Positions 33,220-43,702 of a DNA stretch of 64,000 nt are shown here, one piece after another (position 1 is the stretch's first letter; every line of letters begins with the position of its first letter). The stretch is from Longimicrobiales bacterium (GTDB lineage: Bacteria > Gemmatimonadota > Gemmatimonadetes > Longimicrobiales > Gaopeijiaceae), in assembly GCA_965218295.1 (NCBI GenBank), contig CBDCKN010000009.1, positions 515,091 through 579,090 on the forward strand, given 5' to 3'. The position numbers and the translations under genes were made by a program. The notes below the pieces were generated by a model. That model ran no database searches and was not told the origin of the DNA. It saw only the letters and a list, made by a program, of their open reading frames with translations.

Positions 33220-34938
33220 CTACAGCTCGCGCCTTTTCAACTGGTTGACAATGTAATCGGATGCCCTCGATGCCAGAGCCCCGATCGTGAGGGTCGGCCC
33301 ATAGCCTCCCGAAGTCACAAAACTGGCGCCGTCCACCACGAAAAGATTCTTCAGGTCATGCGCTTGATTGAACTTGTTCAGCACACTCTTCTTGGGATCG
33401 TTGCCCATGCGCGCCGTTCCCATCCCGTGTACGGAATAGCCCGGATCCATGAGCTGGTCCCGAGCGTTGACGTTTTCCGCCCCTAGTGCCTCGAACAACG
33501 CCTTTAGGTTCTCGATGGCGTCCTTAGCCATTTCGCGTTCGTTGTCGCTCATGCGGCAGTTGAACTTGAGCACCGGAATGCCCCAGGCATCCACGACGTC
33601 TTTGTCGATCTCGACATAGTTCTCGAAACGGGCGAGCATCTCGCCGCGGGTGATGAAGGTGATGGGAGTCGTGTAGTAGCTCCGCACGGTCCTCTTGAAC
33701 TTCTGGCCATAGCCGGTCATGGACCGCGCGAAGCCAGGAAACTGGCGCGCGCCCGAGCCTCCCTCATGCACATAGGAGCGGATGAACTTCGGATGGCGCG
33801 AATCGATATTGCGGTAGGGCACGATATCGACCCCGCTGGACTTGCCGTCTTCGTTCACCACGTCGCGGTCCCGCAGCTGAGGCAAAAGGCCTGTGACTCT
33901 CGGACCGCCTATGTTGTCCATTATATAGTGGCCCAGCACGCCGCTCGAGTTCGCGATGCCGTCAGGCCAGAAGCGCGAAACCGAATTCAGCATGATGCGG
34001 GTGGACTCCAAGGCCGACGCGCCCAGGACGACGACCCGCCCCTTCGCTTCATAGTCTTGCTTGTTCAGGCGGTCGACAAACCGCACGCCGCTGGGCTTGC
34101 CGTTGTTGTCGACCATGATCTCGCGCACGATGGCGTCCGGCCTCAGTGTCAGCCGGCCGGTTTTCGCCGCCGCCGGAATCGTGTCCGATATCGAGTTCCA
34201 AAACGCCCCGATATCGCAGCCCCGGCCGCACCCACCGCAATAGTGGCAAGCCGCCAAGCCGTTGATGCTACGCGTACGCATGGCAGCGCGTTTAGGAACC
34301 ACACGCATCCCCAGCCCCAGCGTGGGCGCTACTTTCTGGACGATGCGCTCTCCGCAGTTGAGCGGAAAAGGCGGCAGAAACTTCCCATCGGGCCAGTGCG
34401 GGATGTTCTCGAACGACGCATTGACACCAACGAAGCTCTCGTGCTTGTCGTAGTATGGAGCGAGGTCCTCATAGGTGATAGGCCAATTCTCACCGTAACC
34501 GTCGCGGTCGGCGGCCTTGAAGTCGTAATCACTCAGCCGGCGCGCATTGCGGCCCCAATGAAGGAGCTTTCCGCCCACGCACCGCGACCGCACCCAGATC
34601 CAGGATGTCCCCGGCGCGGTCGTATAGGGGTGCTCGCGGTCGTCGATGTAGAGGGGCCGGACGTATTCACTCGAGGTCCACTGAATGGGATAGATTTTCT
34701 CCCTGTCGCCTGGCCTGTCGAATCCCCGAAACGACATCTCGTACGGCTGGCGGTGGGAGAGGAAGGTAGCCGGATCGAGCTTCGGTCCCGCCTCCAAGAG
34801 TAGGACCTCGAGACCGCCTTCCGTCAGCTCCTTGGCGGCCACTCCGCCGGCCGCGCCGGTACCGACGACGATCGCGTCGTAGGTTTTGTTTAGATCGACA
34901 GACACGGCGAATCTCGACTGATCCTCTTGGGCAGGCAA
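33220..34938 (-). CDS. GMC-family oxidoreductase (flavoprotein subunit)
   Basis: GTGAAGG FAD motif, VGGKLLHWGR, CHYCGGC.RGC Fe-S motif, HGMGTARMG, LFVVDGA. Confidence 0.93.
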   Translation of the reverse strand: MPAQEDQSRFAVSVDLNKTYDAIVVGTGAAGGVAAKELTEGGLEVLLLEAGPKLDPATFLSHRQPYEMSFRGFDRPGDREKIYPIQWTSSEYVRPLYIDDREHPYTTAPGTSWIWVRSRCVGGKLLHWGRNARRLSDYDFKAADRDGYGENWPITYEDLAPYYDKHESFVGVNASFENIPHWPDGKFLPPFPLNCGERIVQKVAPTLGLGMRVVPKRAAMRTRSINGLAACHYCGGCGRGCDIGAFWNSISDTIPAAAKTGRLTLRPDAIVREIMVDNNGKPSGVRFVDRLNKQDYEAKGRVVVLGASALESTRIMLNSVSRFWPDGIANSSGVLGHYIMDNIGGPRVTGLLPQLRDRDVVNEDGKSSGVDIVPYRNIDSRHPKFIRSYVHEGGSGARQFPGFARSMTGYGQKFKRTVRSYYTTPITFITRGEMLARFENYVEIDKDVVDAWGIPVLKFNCRMSDNEREMAKDAIENLKALFEALGAENVNARDQLMDPGYSVHGMGTARMGNDPKKSVLNKFNQAHDLKNLFVVDGASFVTSGGYGPTLTIGALASRASDYIVNQLKRREL

Positions 34939-35102
34939 TGTCTGGGCCGGACCTTAACCGATCATCGAGGCCCCGTCAATCGTCTCCGTTGGGCTATTTG
35001 AGCAGGCAATCCCAAGCTCATTTATCTGATTGCAGCTTTCCCATACAATCGCTTATTCAAGCTAAGCACGTAATATCCAAATCCTAGGTAATTATATACC
35101 CC

Positions 35103-35131
35103 TTGCACGGCAGGGCCGGTTGTATTAGATT
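35103..35131 (+). promoter_or_regulatory. Sigma70-like promoter in the IS1595 left end
   Basis: TTGCAC (35103-35108), 17 bp, TAGATT (35126-35131). Confidence 0.55.
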
Positions 35132-35145
35132 CAGTGTATGGATAT

Positions 35146-35292
35146 TCACTTCGCTTTCCGGCCCTTCTCATGGGCGACCTTCTTCAGTTCTTTAGCCACT
35201 TTCTTAGAGAACAACTTCTCCATCACCTGGTCGCCCGTTAGGTGCCTTACGTCCTTCGGTAGCTTGTCCTCTTTACGCCGGGTATGACCCAT
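35146..35292 (-). CDS. Small basic protein (48 aa) inside IS1595, divergent from the transposase
   Basis: GGAGGT RBS upstream of ATG 35292; MGHTRRKEDKLPKDVRHLTGDQVMEKLFSKKVAKELKKVAHEKGRKAK. Confidence 0.55.
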   Translation of the reverse strand: MGHTRRKEDKLPKDVRHLTGDQVMEKLFSKKVAKELKKVAHEKGRKAK

Positions 35293-36199
35293 GGTTGACA
35301 CCTCCAGAATCAATCTGATTTCGTTGATCGAAAAGTTCCGCGACGAAGAGACTTGCCGCGAATACCTTGAGAAGCTGCGCTGGTCGGGGGCGGTTGCTTG
35401 CCCGCGCTGCGGCGACATGTCCGTCTCGGAGATCAGCACCCGCGACCAGTTCGACTGCAACGGGTGCCGCTACCGCTTCAGCGTTACTTCGGGAACCATC
35501 TTCGACAACACGAACCTTCCGCTCTGGAAGTGGTTCGTAACGATCTACCTGGTCTGCGAGTCGAAGAAGAGCATCAGCGCGAACCAGATCAAGCGGACGA
35601 TCGGCGTCACCTACAAGACCGCGTGGCACCTGTGCCATCGTATCCGGTCGGCCATGCGGGGCAATCTCTCGGGCGGGCCGACCCTGTTCGGCGTGGTCGA
35701 GGTGGACGAGACCCTGGTCGGCGGCAAGAGGCGCGGCGTCGGTACCGGCAACCGCGTCGGCAAGACGTGGGTCGCCGGAGCCGTCCAGCGTGGCGGCGAG
35801 GTGCGTATCGAGGCGGTCCCCAACATCAAGCGGGCCACGCTCCACGCCTTCATCGCCAGGAACACGCGGTCCGACACCGAGGCCATCTACACCGACGAGC
35901 TTAAGTCCTACCTCGGGATCGCCGATCACGACACGCGCCATGAGACGGTCAAACACTCCGAAGAGGAGTGGGTGGTCGGAGATGTCCACACGAACAGCGT
36001 AGAGGGTGTCTGGAGCCTTCTCAAGCGCTCCATCGTCGGAGCATGGCACCAGGTCAGCGCCAAGCACCTGGACGCCTACCTGTCCGAAGTCGAGTTCAGG
36101 ATCAACCACCGGAACAACCCCTACATCTTCGAGGCCGTCCTGATCCGTCTCCTGGACGGCCAGGCCCTCCGGTACCGCGAGCTGACAGCCGCCGCGTAA
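35291..36199 (+). CDS. IS1595 transposase (Zn ribbon + ISXO2-type DDE)
   Basis: CPRCG...CNGC, GTIF, VEVDETLVGG, IYTDE, HETVKHS, HTNSVEGVWSLLKR, YLSEVEFR. Confidence 0.95.
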   Translation: MVDTSRINLISLIEKFRDEETCREYLEKLRWSGAVACPRCGDMSVSEISTRDQFDCNGCRYRFSVTSGTIFDNTNLPLWKWFVTIYLVCESKKSISANQIKRTIGVTYKTAWHLCHRIRSAMRGNLSGGPTLFGVVEVDETLVGGKRRGVGTGNRVGKTWVAGAVQRGGEVRIEAVPNIKRATLHAFIARNTRSDTEAIYTDELKSYLGIADHDTRHETVKHSEEEWVVGDVHTNSVEGVWSLLKRSIVGAWHQVSAKHLDAYLSEVEFRINHRNNPYIFEAVLIRLLDGQALRYRELTAAA

Positions 36200-36210
36200 C
36201 ATCTGTCTGT

Positions 36211-36607
36211 TCACAGGGACATCAACTTTTTTAGCCTGCGCGCTTTGGTCAAATCTCCATGGAAAGCCAGTGAGCTCAATTCAGTCAGAAAGGCGAACCA
36301 TATGCTTGAATATTTCTGGTCATCTGGGAATACGGATGGACACTCTATGCCCAACCTTCCCAATATTTCGGAAAGTTGCCGCAAGTCAGCATACAGTTCT
36401 GCACTGTGCGTGGAACATTCCATCGCGAACCTGGCGGCATCACGGCATTGAACCACAGTGTGATAGTATGTTCCAAACCTCGCAGCAGGGCGCCGTGACC
36501 TAAAGGAACGTCCAAATAGACGTTATTGACCAAAGCCCAAAGAACGTCGTTCCACCTATAGCTATTATAGGGAGGAACGCCGCAAGAACAGGCACGACCT
36601 TGGACAT
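36211..36607 (-). pseudogene. Putative IS1595 passenger gene (TM helix + helical domain), frameshift near 36520
   Basis: Lower-GC segment. MSKVVPVLAAFLPIIAIGGTTFFGLWSI continues in an adjacent frame as FGRSFRSRRPAARF...WFAFLTELSSLAFHGDLTKARRL. Confidence 0.4.
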
Positions 36608-36877
36608 CTTAGGAGGCCGCACCCTGAAAATCGACCAACAAACCCGTGAACATTGCGAGACCACACACCGCAGTGTATGGCCTGCCAAGCCAACCTCTCA
36701 GATTCATACCCCACGCTAACTGACCCGCAGTTGTCGTGCAAGGGGTATATAATTACCAAATCCTAAGAAACACCCAACAGCGAAAAAGCTGTACCCGTAG
36801 GAGAAGATGTTAAGGACCTCGTGGCTTCCGGCCGATAGAATATAAGGTCGCCGCCCTCTGAACGTCCGAGAGCCCCC

Positions 36878-38008
36878 CTACGCCTCCAGGATCTCCCCCA
36901 GCGCGGCGAGCAGGTAGTGCACGTTCCGCTCGCTGGCGCTGTAGCCCATGAGCCCGATGCGCCATCCCTTGCCCTTGAGGGGCCCGAAGCCGCCGGCGAT
37001 CTCGATTCGGTAGTCCTGCAGTAGCCGCGACCGGACCGTGGCGTCGTCGGCGCCGTCGGGGATCATCACGCACGTGAGCATGGGTAGCCGGTGCGCCGGA
37101 TCGCCGAACAGCTCCATCCCCAGATCGGTGAGCCCCGCCTTCAGCATGTCACCGCACTTCTGGTGACGGGCCGCCCGCTCCTCGAGGCCTTCCTCATGGA
37201 TCAGGCGGAGCGCCTCACGGAGAGCGGAGATCATCGGTCCGGGAACCGTGTGATGATACGCGCGATCGGCGGACCAGTACTTGCGATGCAGCAACAGGTC
37301 CAGGTACCACGTGTCCACGGGCTTGCTCCGGGATTCGATGACCCCCATGGCTCGGTCATTCAACGTGATGCAGGAGATTCCTGCCGGCCCGCCGATGCAC
37401 TTCTGCCCGCTGCTGTAGCAGATGTCGATGAGCAGGTCGTCCACGGGGATGGTCGCACCGCCTAGGGAGCAGACGGTGTCCACCAGGAAGAGCTTATCCC
37501 ACTCACGCACCAGTTGGCCGATCTCAGCCAGAGGCTGGGCCACGCCGGACGAGGTCTCGCCGTGGACCACTGCGACCATCTTGGCGTTGGGGTTGGCGTC
37601 GAGGGCGGCGCGGATCTGGTCGGCCTCCACCACCTGACCGAACTCGACCTCCACTCGGATCGCGGTGCCGCCATGGCGCTCGACGATCTCTCCCATCCGC
37701 TGGCCAAAGAAGCCGTGGATGCCCACGACCACTGTGTCGCCCGGCTCGACGACGTTGCAGATGGCCGCTTCCATTCCGGCCATGCCCGATCCGGGAAGGG
37801 TGATAGCCAGCTCGTTCTTGGTCTGGAAGAGGTGGCGCAACAGGGCCATGGTCTCGTCTATGATCACCAGAAAATCGGGATCGAGATACCCGAGGACGGG
37901 GCTCGTCATGGCCTGGAAAACCCGCGGATGGATGTTGCTCGGACCCGGCCCGAGCAACGTCCGAGGCTCGTGTCGCAGCTGTTCGAAGGAGCGGGCGTCC
38001 GTGCTCAT
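36878..38008 (-). CDS. Alanine-glyoxylate/serine-pyruvate aminotransferase (class V)
   Basis: LLGPGPS, VHGETSSG, DTVCSLGG, SSGQKC, YHHT, WRIGLMG. Confidence 0.92.
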   Translation of the reverse strand: MSTDARSFEQLRHEPRTLLGPGPSNIHPRVFQAMTSPVLGYLDPDFLVIIDETMALLRHLFQTKNELAITLPGSGMAGMEAAICNVVEPGDTVVVGIHGFFGQRMGEIVERHGGTAIRVEVEFGQVVEADQIRAALDANPNAKMVAVVHGETSSGVAQPLAEIGQLVREWDKLFLVDTVCSLGGATIPVDDLLIDICYSSGQKCIGGPAGISCITLNDRAMGVIESRSKPVDTWYLDLLLHRKYWSADRAYHHTVPGPMISALREALRLIHEEGLEERAARHQKCGDMLKAGLTDLGMELFGDPAHRLPMLTCVMIPDGADDATVRSRLLQDYRIEIAGGFGPLKGKGWRIGLMGYSASERNVHYLLAALGEILEA

Positions 38009-38187
38009 GGTAGGCTGTGCGTGGTCATCTCTAGGGCGTCTCCTCCAGGACCGGAATCAGAACAGTATCGCCAAGATGCGGGCGAGGGGCCTGATCGGCC
38101 AGCGCGCTGCCGGTATCGTACTGCAGGGAGCAGGGGCAACTTGGCAAGAAGTCGCTCCCAGATACCAATTGCGCGTTTGTACTTGGG

Positions 38188-38207
38188 GACGTTTCCGCGG
38201 AAACGTC
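38188..38207. promoter_or_regulatory. Perfect palindrome GACGTTTCCGCGGAAACGTC (parS-like), copy 2
   Basis: 20-bp palindrome, intergenic. Confidence 0.6.
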
Positions 38208-38236
38208 GTGCGATGGGGGTGGGGTCCAGCCGTTCT

Positions 38237-38746
38237 CTACGGAACGGCTAGATCCGCCATTCCCGCGTCGAGCTCCACGATCTGTCCGGGACGCAGGTAC
38301 GCGGTGATCCGGTACTCCCCGTTCGGGAGGCTGTCCCCTAGGATCGTTTGGGCGCTCACGAGTCCGGTCTGGAACTCTTTGCTCTCGCTGGGGGGGAGGT
38401 CGACCTGGACCAGCGCCAGGGTGCAGAACACGGCACCGCTCATATCCCACACCGGCTCGCTATTACCCGAGACGTAAGCCCTCATCAACACCACGCACCC
38501 GTCGGGGAAGGTCACCGACTGCGACGTGGTCGACTTGTTCTCGATCTCCACCGTGACCCCGATCTGGATTGGGAAGGACTCGGCGATGGCGAAGCTCGTC
38601 ACACTGTAGGTGACCCCACCGATCAACTGATCCCGAAGATCGAGCCCGCTCACGCTCGCTTCGCACGCCGCGAGGGTGGCGGTGGCCAGGAGCATCCCAT
38701 ACGTCGTCACCCAACGAGACACGACTGAGTTTCCGTTCATGCCCAT
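38237..38746 (-). CDS. Lipoprotein with Ig-like/BsuPI-like domain
   Basis: Lipobox LAAC; VTVEIENKS..SQSVTF..GC, VWD, FCTLALVQVDL.PSES, GEYRITA. Confidence 0.65.
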   Translation of the reverse strand: MGMNGNSVVSRWVTTYGMLLATATLAACEASVSGLDLRDQLIGGVTYSVTSFAIAESFPIQIGVTVEIENKSTTSQSVTFPDGCVVLMRAYVSGNSEPVWDMSGAVFCTLALVQVDLPPSESKEFQTGLVSAQTILGDSLPNGEYRITAYLRPGQIVELDAGMADLAVP

Positions 38747-38858
38747 CTATCTATCTCCAGCGTCGTTCTGGTCTGAAATCCATCCAGTTTTCTGCACCTC
38801 AGAAGGTCGCGGGGGTCACTCGAGAGCTCCGCGGATGCCGACGACCCACAATAGACAT

Positions 38859-38885
38859 AACGCGTGAGGGGTGGGATTTGTGACA
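38859..38885 (-). promoter_or_regulatory. ECF-type promoter TGTCACA-N16-CGTT
   Basis: Minus strand reads TGTCACA AATCCCACCCCTCACG CGTT, upstream of the 38746 lipoprotein. Confidence 0.65.
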
Positions 38886-39206
38886 GGAGTGGCGGTCGCT
38901 ATCCCAGAGGGGATCGAACACGGCGCATTCGCCCGTGCTCTGGCAGCCGATCATGTAGGCCGCGCAGCCCGTCTCTTCTCGGATTATCGCCTCAAACCAC
39001 TTATGCGCTCCCTTGGAGACCCTGAGGGCATGATCACGTTGGGAGCGTGATCACGTTGGAATATATAGAATAGCATCGGCCGGCATTTCGCCACCTCCGC
39101 TCGCGCATACGTAATCGGGAGCCTCTTCCTACGGCTTCTGACGTAGTCTCGGAGAGGTCCGGATCCGGCATCCTTCCCTCGAACGTTGTGATCAAAGGAG
39201 GACATC

Positions 39207-40415
39207 TTGAGGTCGACTCTTGAATCAGCCTTGGGGGTAGCCACCCGCCAACTGGCCATCCTGTTGGCCTTCCGACTTCCGTGGTCCTCGCCCAGGAGGC
39301 TCAGGGCCCCACCGGTTGGGAGCCCAACGGGCTCCCCGCCATCAACTACGATTCCGACGAGGGCTTCGGCTACGGCGTCCTCCTCGAGCTCTATAACTAC
39401 GGGAGCGGCGGATACGCGCCCTACCGCTTCACGCTGCAGCCCACCGTCTTCCTGACCACGGGAGGCCGGCGGGACTTCACCCTCTTCTTCGACGCGCCCC
39501 ACCTGCTCCCCGCCGGGTGGCGAATGGACGTCAGCCTCGGCAGCGAAAAGCAGATCGCGACGCCCTACTACGGGCCCGGTAACCGGTCGGTCTTCGACGA
39601 GGCCCTGGAGGACTCGGAGGGTCAGTACTTCTACCGCTTCGGACGGACCCGAAGGAAGGCGGCATTCAATCTGCAGCGATCTATCGGGGACCTGCCCCTC
39701 CACGTCCTTGTGGGGGCGGGCGTTGCCCACACGACCATCGAATCCCAGCCCAAGGACGCCGTGTAGACGCTCCTCCGCCGGGACTACGTGGGGCGGACGA
39801 TTCCACATGGCTGGTCCAACCACGTCCGAATAGGGTTGGTCTGGGATACACGGGACCGAGAGACCGGTCCGCGCCGGGGCACTTGGACCGAGCTTCTGGT
39901 CCAGGGCGTTCCCGAGTTCCTCGGCAGCGAGTCGGGATACGTCCGCTGGACGTTCGCCGACCGCCGGTACTTTCCCCTGGGCGACCGCCTGACCTTCGCA
40001 AATCGCTTTCTGATTCAGGACATCGACGGCGTCGCGCCCTTCTACGACCAGTACATCGTGCAGACATCCTTCAAGCAGCAGGAAGGGCTGGGTGGGGCAA
40101 AGACCCTTCGGGGGATCCTCAAGAACCGCTACGTGGGGAAGGGGATGTTCCTCTGGAACGCCGAGCTGAGGTGGCGGGCCCACGACTTCAGCATGTTGGG
40201 CAGGCCCTTCTATCTGGTCCTCTCGGGCTTCGTGGATTCCGGCCGTGTGTGGGAAAACGGGCTCGAGTGGGAGTCACTGGTTTCCGATCTACACACTGCC
40301 GTGGGTGGCGGAGTACGAGTGGGCGTGGGGGAGAACTTCGTGGTGGCGCTCGACGTGGGTCATTTCCAGTGAAGCCACCGCCCCGTTCTACATCAACTTG
40401 GGCTACCTCTTCTGA
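39207..40415 (+). pseudogene. Omp85/BamA-TamA-family outer-membrane barrel (frameshift near 39270, in-frame TAG 39764, frameshift near 40368)
   Basis: AAGGAGG RBS; PAINYDSDEGFGYG, WDTRD.E, LRG...NRY, NAELRW, FVDSGRVW, terminal GYLF. Confidence 0.8.
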
Positions 40416-40509
40416 GAGGGGACATGGCGACGGTGGGGTATGGATAATGACGAGTATCCCATCGACGTGACTCCCATGCTCCTTCCTTGCCCCGTCACTC
40501 GTTTCGGAG

Positions 40510-40650
40510 CGTGTCAATTGCCCAGGTCCGGCCCGCCGGGGAAGATCAACCCGAGCGGTTGGGTGGCCATCAATGCGCTGCCCACGGCGGCGCGCACGAT
40601 CTGGGGGGTCCTGGCGGGGAAGCTCCTGATGAGCGAACGTCCCGGGTCGG
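40510..40650 (+). pseudogene. Fragment of a DUF5009/HGSNAT-like acyltransferase
   Basis: GKINPSGWVAINALPTAA.TIWGVLAGKLL resembles an internal segment of this family. Confidence 0.45.
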
Positions 40651-40721
40651 CCACCAGAACCGTGCCGATCGATCCGTCCGAGGTCGGCGGCCACAGACCG
40701 CACTCCATCTGATCTGGTGAT

Positions 40722-42132
40722 TTGAGCACACAGAAGACCAAGACTTTCGATCGGTCCATCGTGGAGGGGCCGATCCGCAGCGCGGTGTGGAAGCTCGCCT
40801 GGCCCACGATGCTCCAGAACATCATCGGTGGCGTTCAGGGCATCGTCGATCACACCATGGTGGGCCACTACGTGGGCTACACCGGGAATGCCGCCATCGG
40901 CGTGTCGTGGCAGATCTTCCTCGTCGTGATGGTCTTCATCAGCTCGCTCTTCACGGGGATGGGCGTGCTCGTGGCCCGCTTCGCGGGGGCGAATGAGCCG
41001 GACAAGGTGAACCGGACCGTCCATCAGGCGTTCCTGACCTCCGTACTGCTCGTGTTGGTCATCCTTGCGCCCATCGGGTACGTCGCGGCGCCCTCGCTCC
41101 TGGGGCTGGTGAACGCCGCGCCGGAAGTGCAGTTGGAGGCGCTCCCGTACCTGCGGATCCTGTTCGTTTTCTCCTTCGGGATGCTGATGTTCTTCATGCT
41201 GGGTGGAGCGCTCCGCTCCGCGGGTGACGCCCAGACGCCGCTTCGGCTGGGGATCGTGCTCACCGTCCTAAACATCGTACTCAACGTGATTCTGATCCGT
41301 GGCCTGGGTCCCATTCCCGCGTTCGGAACAACGGGGGCAGCCATGGGCACCGTTATCGCCGGTGGCGTGATCAGCCTGTATGCGTTGAGCCGGCTCTTCT
41401 CAGGCAAATGGGTGGGTGCGCTTCCATCGCGGCATGAGCCTGCGGCCCGACTGGCCCATCATTCGCCAGCTCTTCCGCTTCGGCTTGCCCACCGGCATCC
41501 AGGGAGTCGCCATGAACGTGGGCGGGGTCGTGCTCCTGGCGTTCATCGGGTCGCTGGCGATGAGCGCACAGGCGCAGGCGGCCTATGTGGTGAGCTACAC
41601 GCAGCTCTTCTCGTTCATCACCTGGACGTCGGTGGGCATCATGGGGGCCACGGCCGCGGTAGCCGGCCAGAATCTAGGTGCCGAGCGCCCCGACCGGACG
41701 AGCAAGGCGGTGCACGTGGCAGCCGGCTTCGGACTCATGCTGGCGGCCGTCATCGGCTCGACGTTCCTCCTGATCCCGACGCACCTCCTGGGAGTCTTCG
41801 GGATGGAGGACCCGGTCGTCGTGGATCTCGGAGTCCAGCTTCTCCGCTACCTCGCCGTCTCCGGGCTCTTCATCACGGTCGCGCTCGCGTTCACCGGTGG
41901 GCTCCAGGGCACCGGCGACACCAAGAGCCCCCTCTACATCTCCCTCGTCTCGCAGATCGTGATCCCCCTTGGGATGTGCGTCACAATCCAGACCTTCTCG
42001 ACGCTGGACGCGAGCGACATCTGGTTGGCCATCGTGCTGGGCCACCTCACGCGTGCCGTGCTCAGCGCATTCGTCTTCAAGCGCGAGAAGTGGAAGCACA
42101 TCGAGGTCGAGATGGAGCCGGCGAAGGCCTGA
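40722..42132 (+). CDS. MATE-family efflux transporter; frameshift near 41415
   Basis: KLAWP, VD..MVGH, LRSAGDAQTPL, NIVLN, GAAMGT; second frame has FGLPTG, GQNLGA, QGTGDT. Confidence 0.9.
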
Positions 42133-42694
42133 GAAACCATACCACGTCTATCTACGTAGGGCGGGGCGCACTCGTCACTCGGCTTCCTCTGGATCCCCCG
42201 ACGCCGACGGACGCACGCGCCACTATTTAGAGGAGCCGCCATGGACTCCCTGCTCAAGGACCTCCGCTTCGGCTTCCGGATGCTCGTCAAGCAGCCGACG
42301 CTCGCCCTCATTGCCATCGTCACGTTCACCCTCGGCATCGGGCTCACCACCACCGTCTTCAGCATCGTCAACGGAGCGCTGTACCGTGGCCTTCCGTTCG
42401 AAGAGTCGGAGCGGATCGCGTGGGTTCATCGCAACAAGCCTTCCGAGGACCGGAATCAGCTGGGCGTGACCGTTCCGGACTACTTCGACTGGAGGGCCCG
42501 TCAGAGCGCGTTCGAGAGCATGGCCGCCATGAGTTTCAGTCCGGTCAACCTGGCGCTGGGTGAGGGGCGCCTGGAGCGCTTCGCGGGCGCGAGTTTCACG
42601 GCCGAGATGCTCGACGTCCTGAACGTGCAGCCCATCCTGGGGCGCGGCTTCCGGCGGAACCTGTCAACGCCAGTGAGACACTCTTGGAAATCAA

Positions 42695-43702
42695 TTAGAG
42701 AGCAATCTCCTGTGTAGTGAGGGATGGGGTGGGAGGATTGATCCAGACGGCCTCCGGGAGTGGTTTAGGCTTCGGCTCACCGGAGACGAAGCGCTCGGGA
42801 TGAGCGGCCCATGCCTCACGGAGCACGGCCTTCCTGCAGGCGATGATCCGATCGGCGTGACCGAAGTGGACCTGTTCGGGGGTCAGCATCGAGATGCCGC
42901 CATGGCGGTGCTCGGCATTATACCAACGGAAGAACGAGCGACAGAAGGTCTTGGCTTGCCCCTGATCCCCGAACCGGCCGGGAAACGAGGGATGGTACTT
43001 CAAGGTCTTGAACTGAGCCTCGGAGAACGGATTGTCATCCGAGACCTGGGGTCGGCCCAACGAGCGGGTCACGCCGAGATCGGCGAGTAGTTGAGCCGTG
43101 CATTGGCTCGTCATCGGAGCCCCTCGATCGGAATGCAGGGTCAGGAGGTGGGGCTGGACGCCATGCTTCAAGCAACTCTGCTGGATCAGCCGGCTGGCCA
43201 GGGCAGAGTTCTCCCGATCCGCCACCATCCATCCCACGACGTAGCGGCTGAAGATGTCCAGGATCACGTAGAGGTAGAAGTAACTCCACTTCTTCGGCCC
43301 CAGCAGCCGGGTGATATCCCAGGACCAGACCTGGTTCGGGCCCCTCGCCATCAACTCGGGCTTCTGGTATTTGGGATGACTCCGCTGCGCTCGACGCTCC
43401 TGAACCGGCACCTGGGAAGCCAGAACGCGATACATCGTACGCTCGCTGCACAGGTAGACGTCCTCGTCGAGCAGCGTCGCCACCACCTCGGCTGGGGACC
43501 GGTCCACGAACCGCTCCGAACACAGCGTGTCGAAGACCTTGTCTCGTTCCTTCTCGCTTAAGGCCCGGGCGGGGGTCGGGCGGGGCTGCTGATGCCCGGT
43601 CGATGCACTCCGACGACGGTAGAACGTGGCTCGCGGCACCCTGAGCGCATCGCACGCGGGCTTCACCCCTACGTGCTTGGCTAGCTCCTGGGTCGCCTTC
43701 AT
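42695..43702 (-). CDS. IS3 OrfB (rve integrase-core DDE)
   Basis: WSWDIT, DIFSRYVVGW, HSDRG, DNPFSEAQFKTLK, YNAEHRH. Confidence 0.93.
   Translation of the reverse strand: MKATQELAKHVGVKPACDALRVPRATFYRRRSASTGHQQPRPTPARALSEKERDKVFDTLCSERFVDRSPAEVVATLLDEDVYLCSERTMYRVLASQVPVQERRAQRSHPKYQKPELMARGPNQVWSWDITRLLGPKKWSYFYLYVILDIFSRYVVGWMVADRENSALASRLIQQSCLKHGVQPHLLTLHSDRGAPMTSQCTAQLLADLGVTRSLGRPQVSDDNPFSEAQFKTLKYHPSFPGRFGDQGQAKTFCRSFFRWYNAEHRHGGISMLTPEQVHFGHADRIIACRKAVLREAWAAHPERFVSGEPKPKPLPEAVWINPPTPSLTTQEIAL

Larger units (their letters stand above)
35087..36757 (+). mobile_element. IS1595-family element with passenger DNA (1671 bp)
   Basis: Perfect 23-bp IRs GGTAATTATATACCCCTTGCACG (35087-35109, 36735-36757). 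8-bp AT-rich duplication AAATCCTA at 35079-35086 and 36758-36765. Confidence 0.95.

Noticed and set aside
38890..38925. tRNA 3'-end-like text (GTTCGATCCCCTCTGGG on the minus strand)
   Set aside because: No paired T-stem or cloverleaf can be formed.
39764..39766. In-frame TAG in the Omp85-like gene as pyrrolysine or readthrough
   Set aside because: Not at a catalytic position, no pyl context in the window, and the gene has additional frameshifts.
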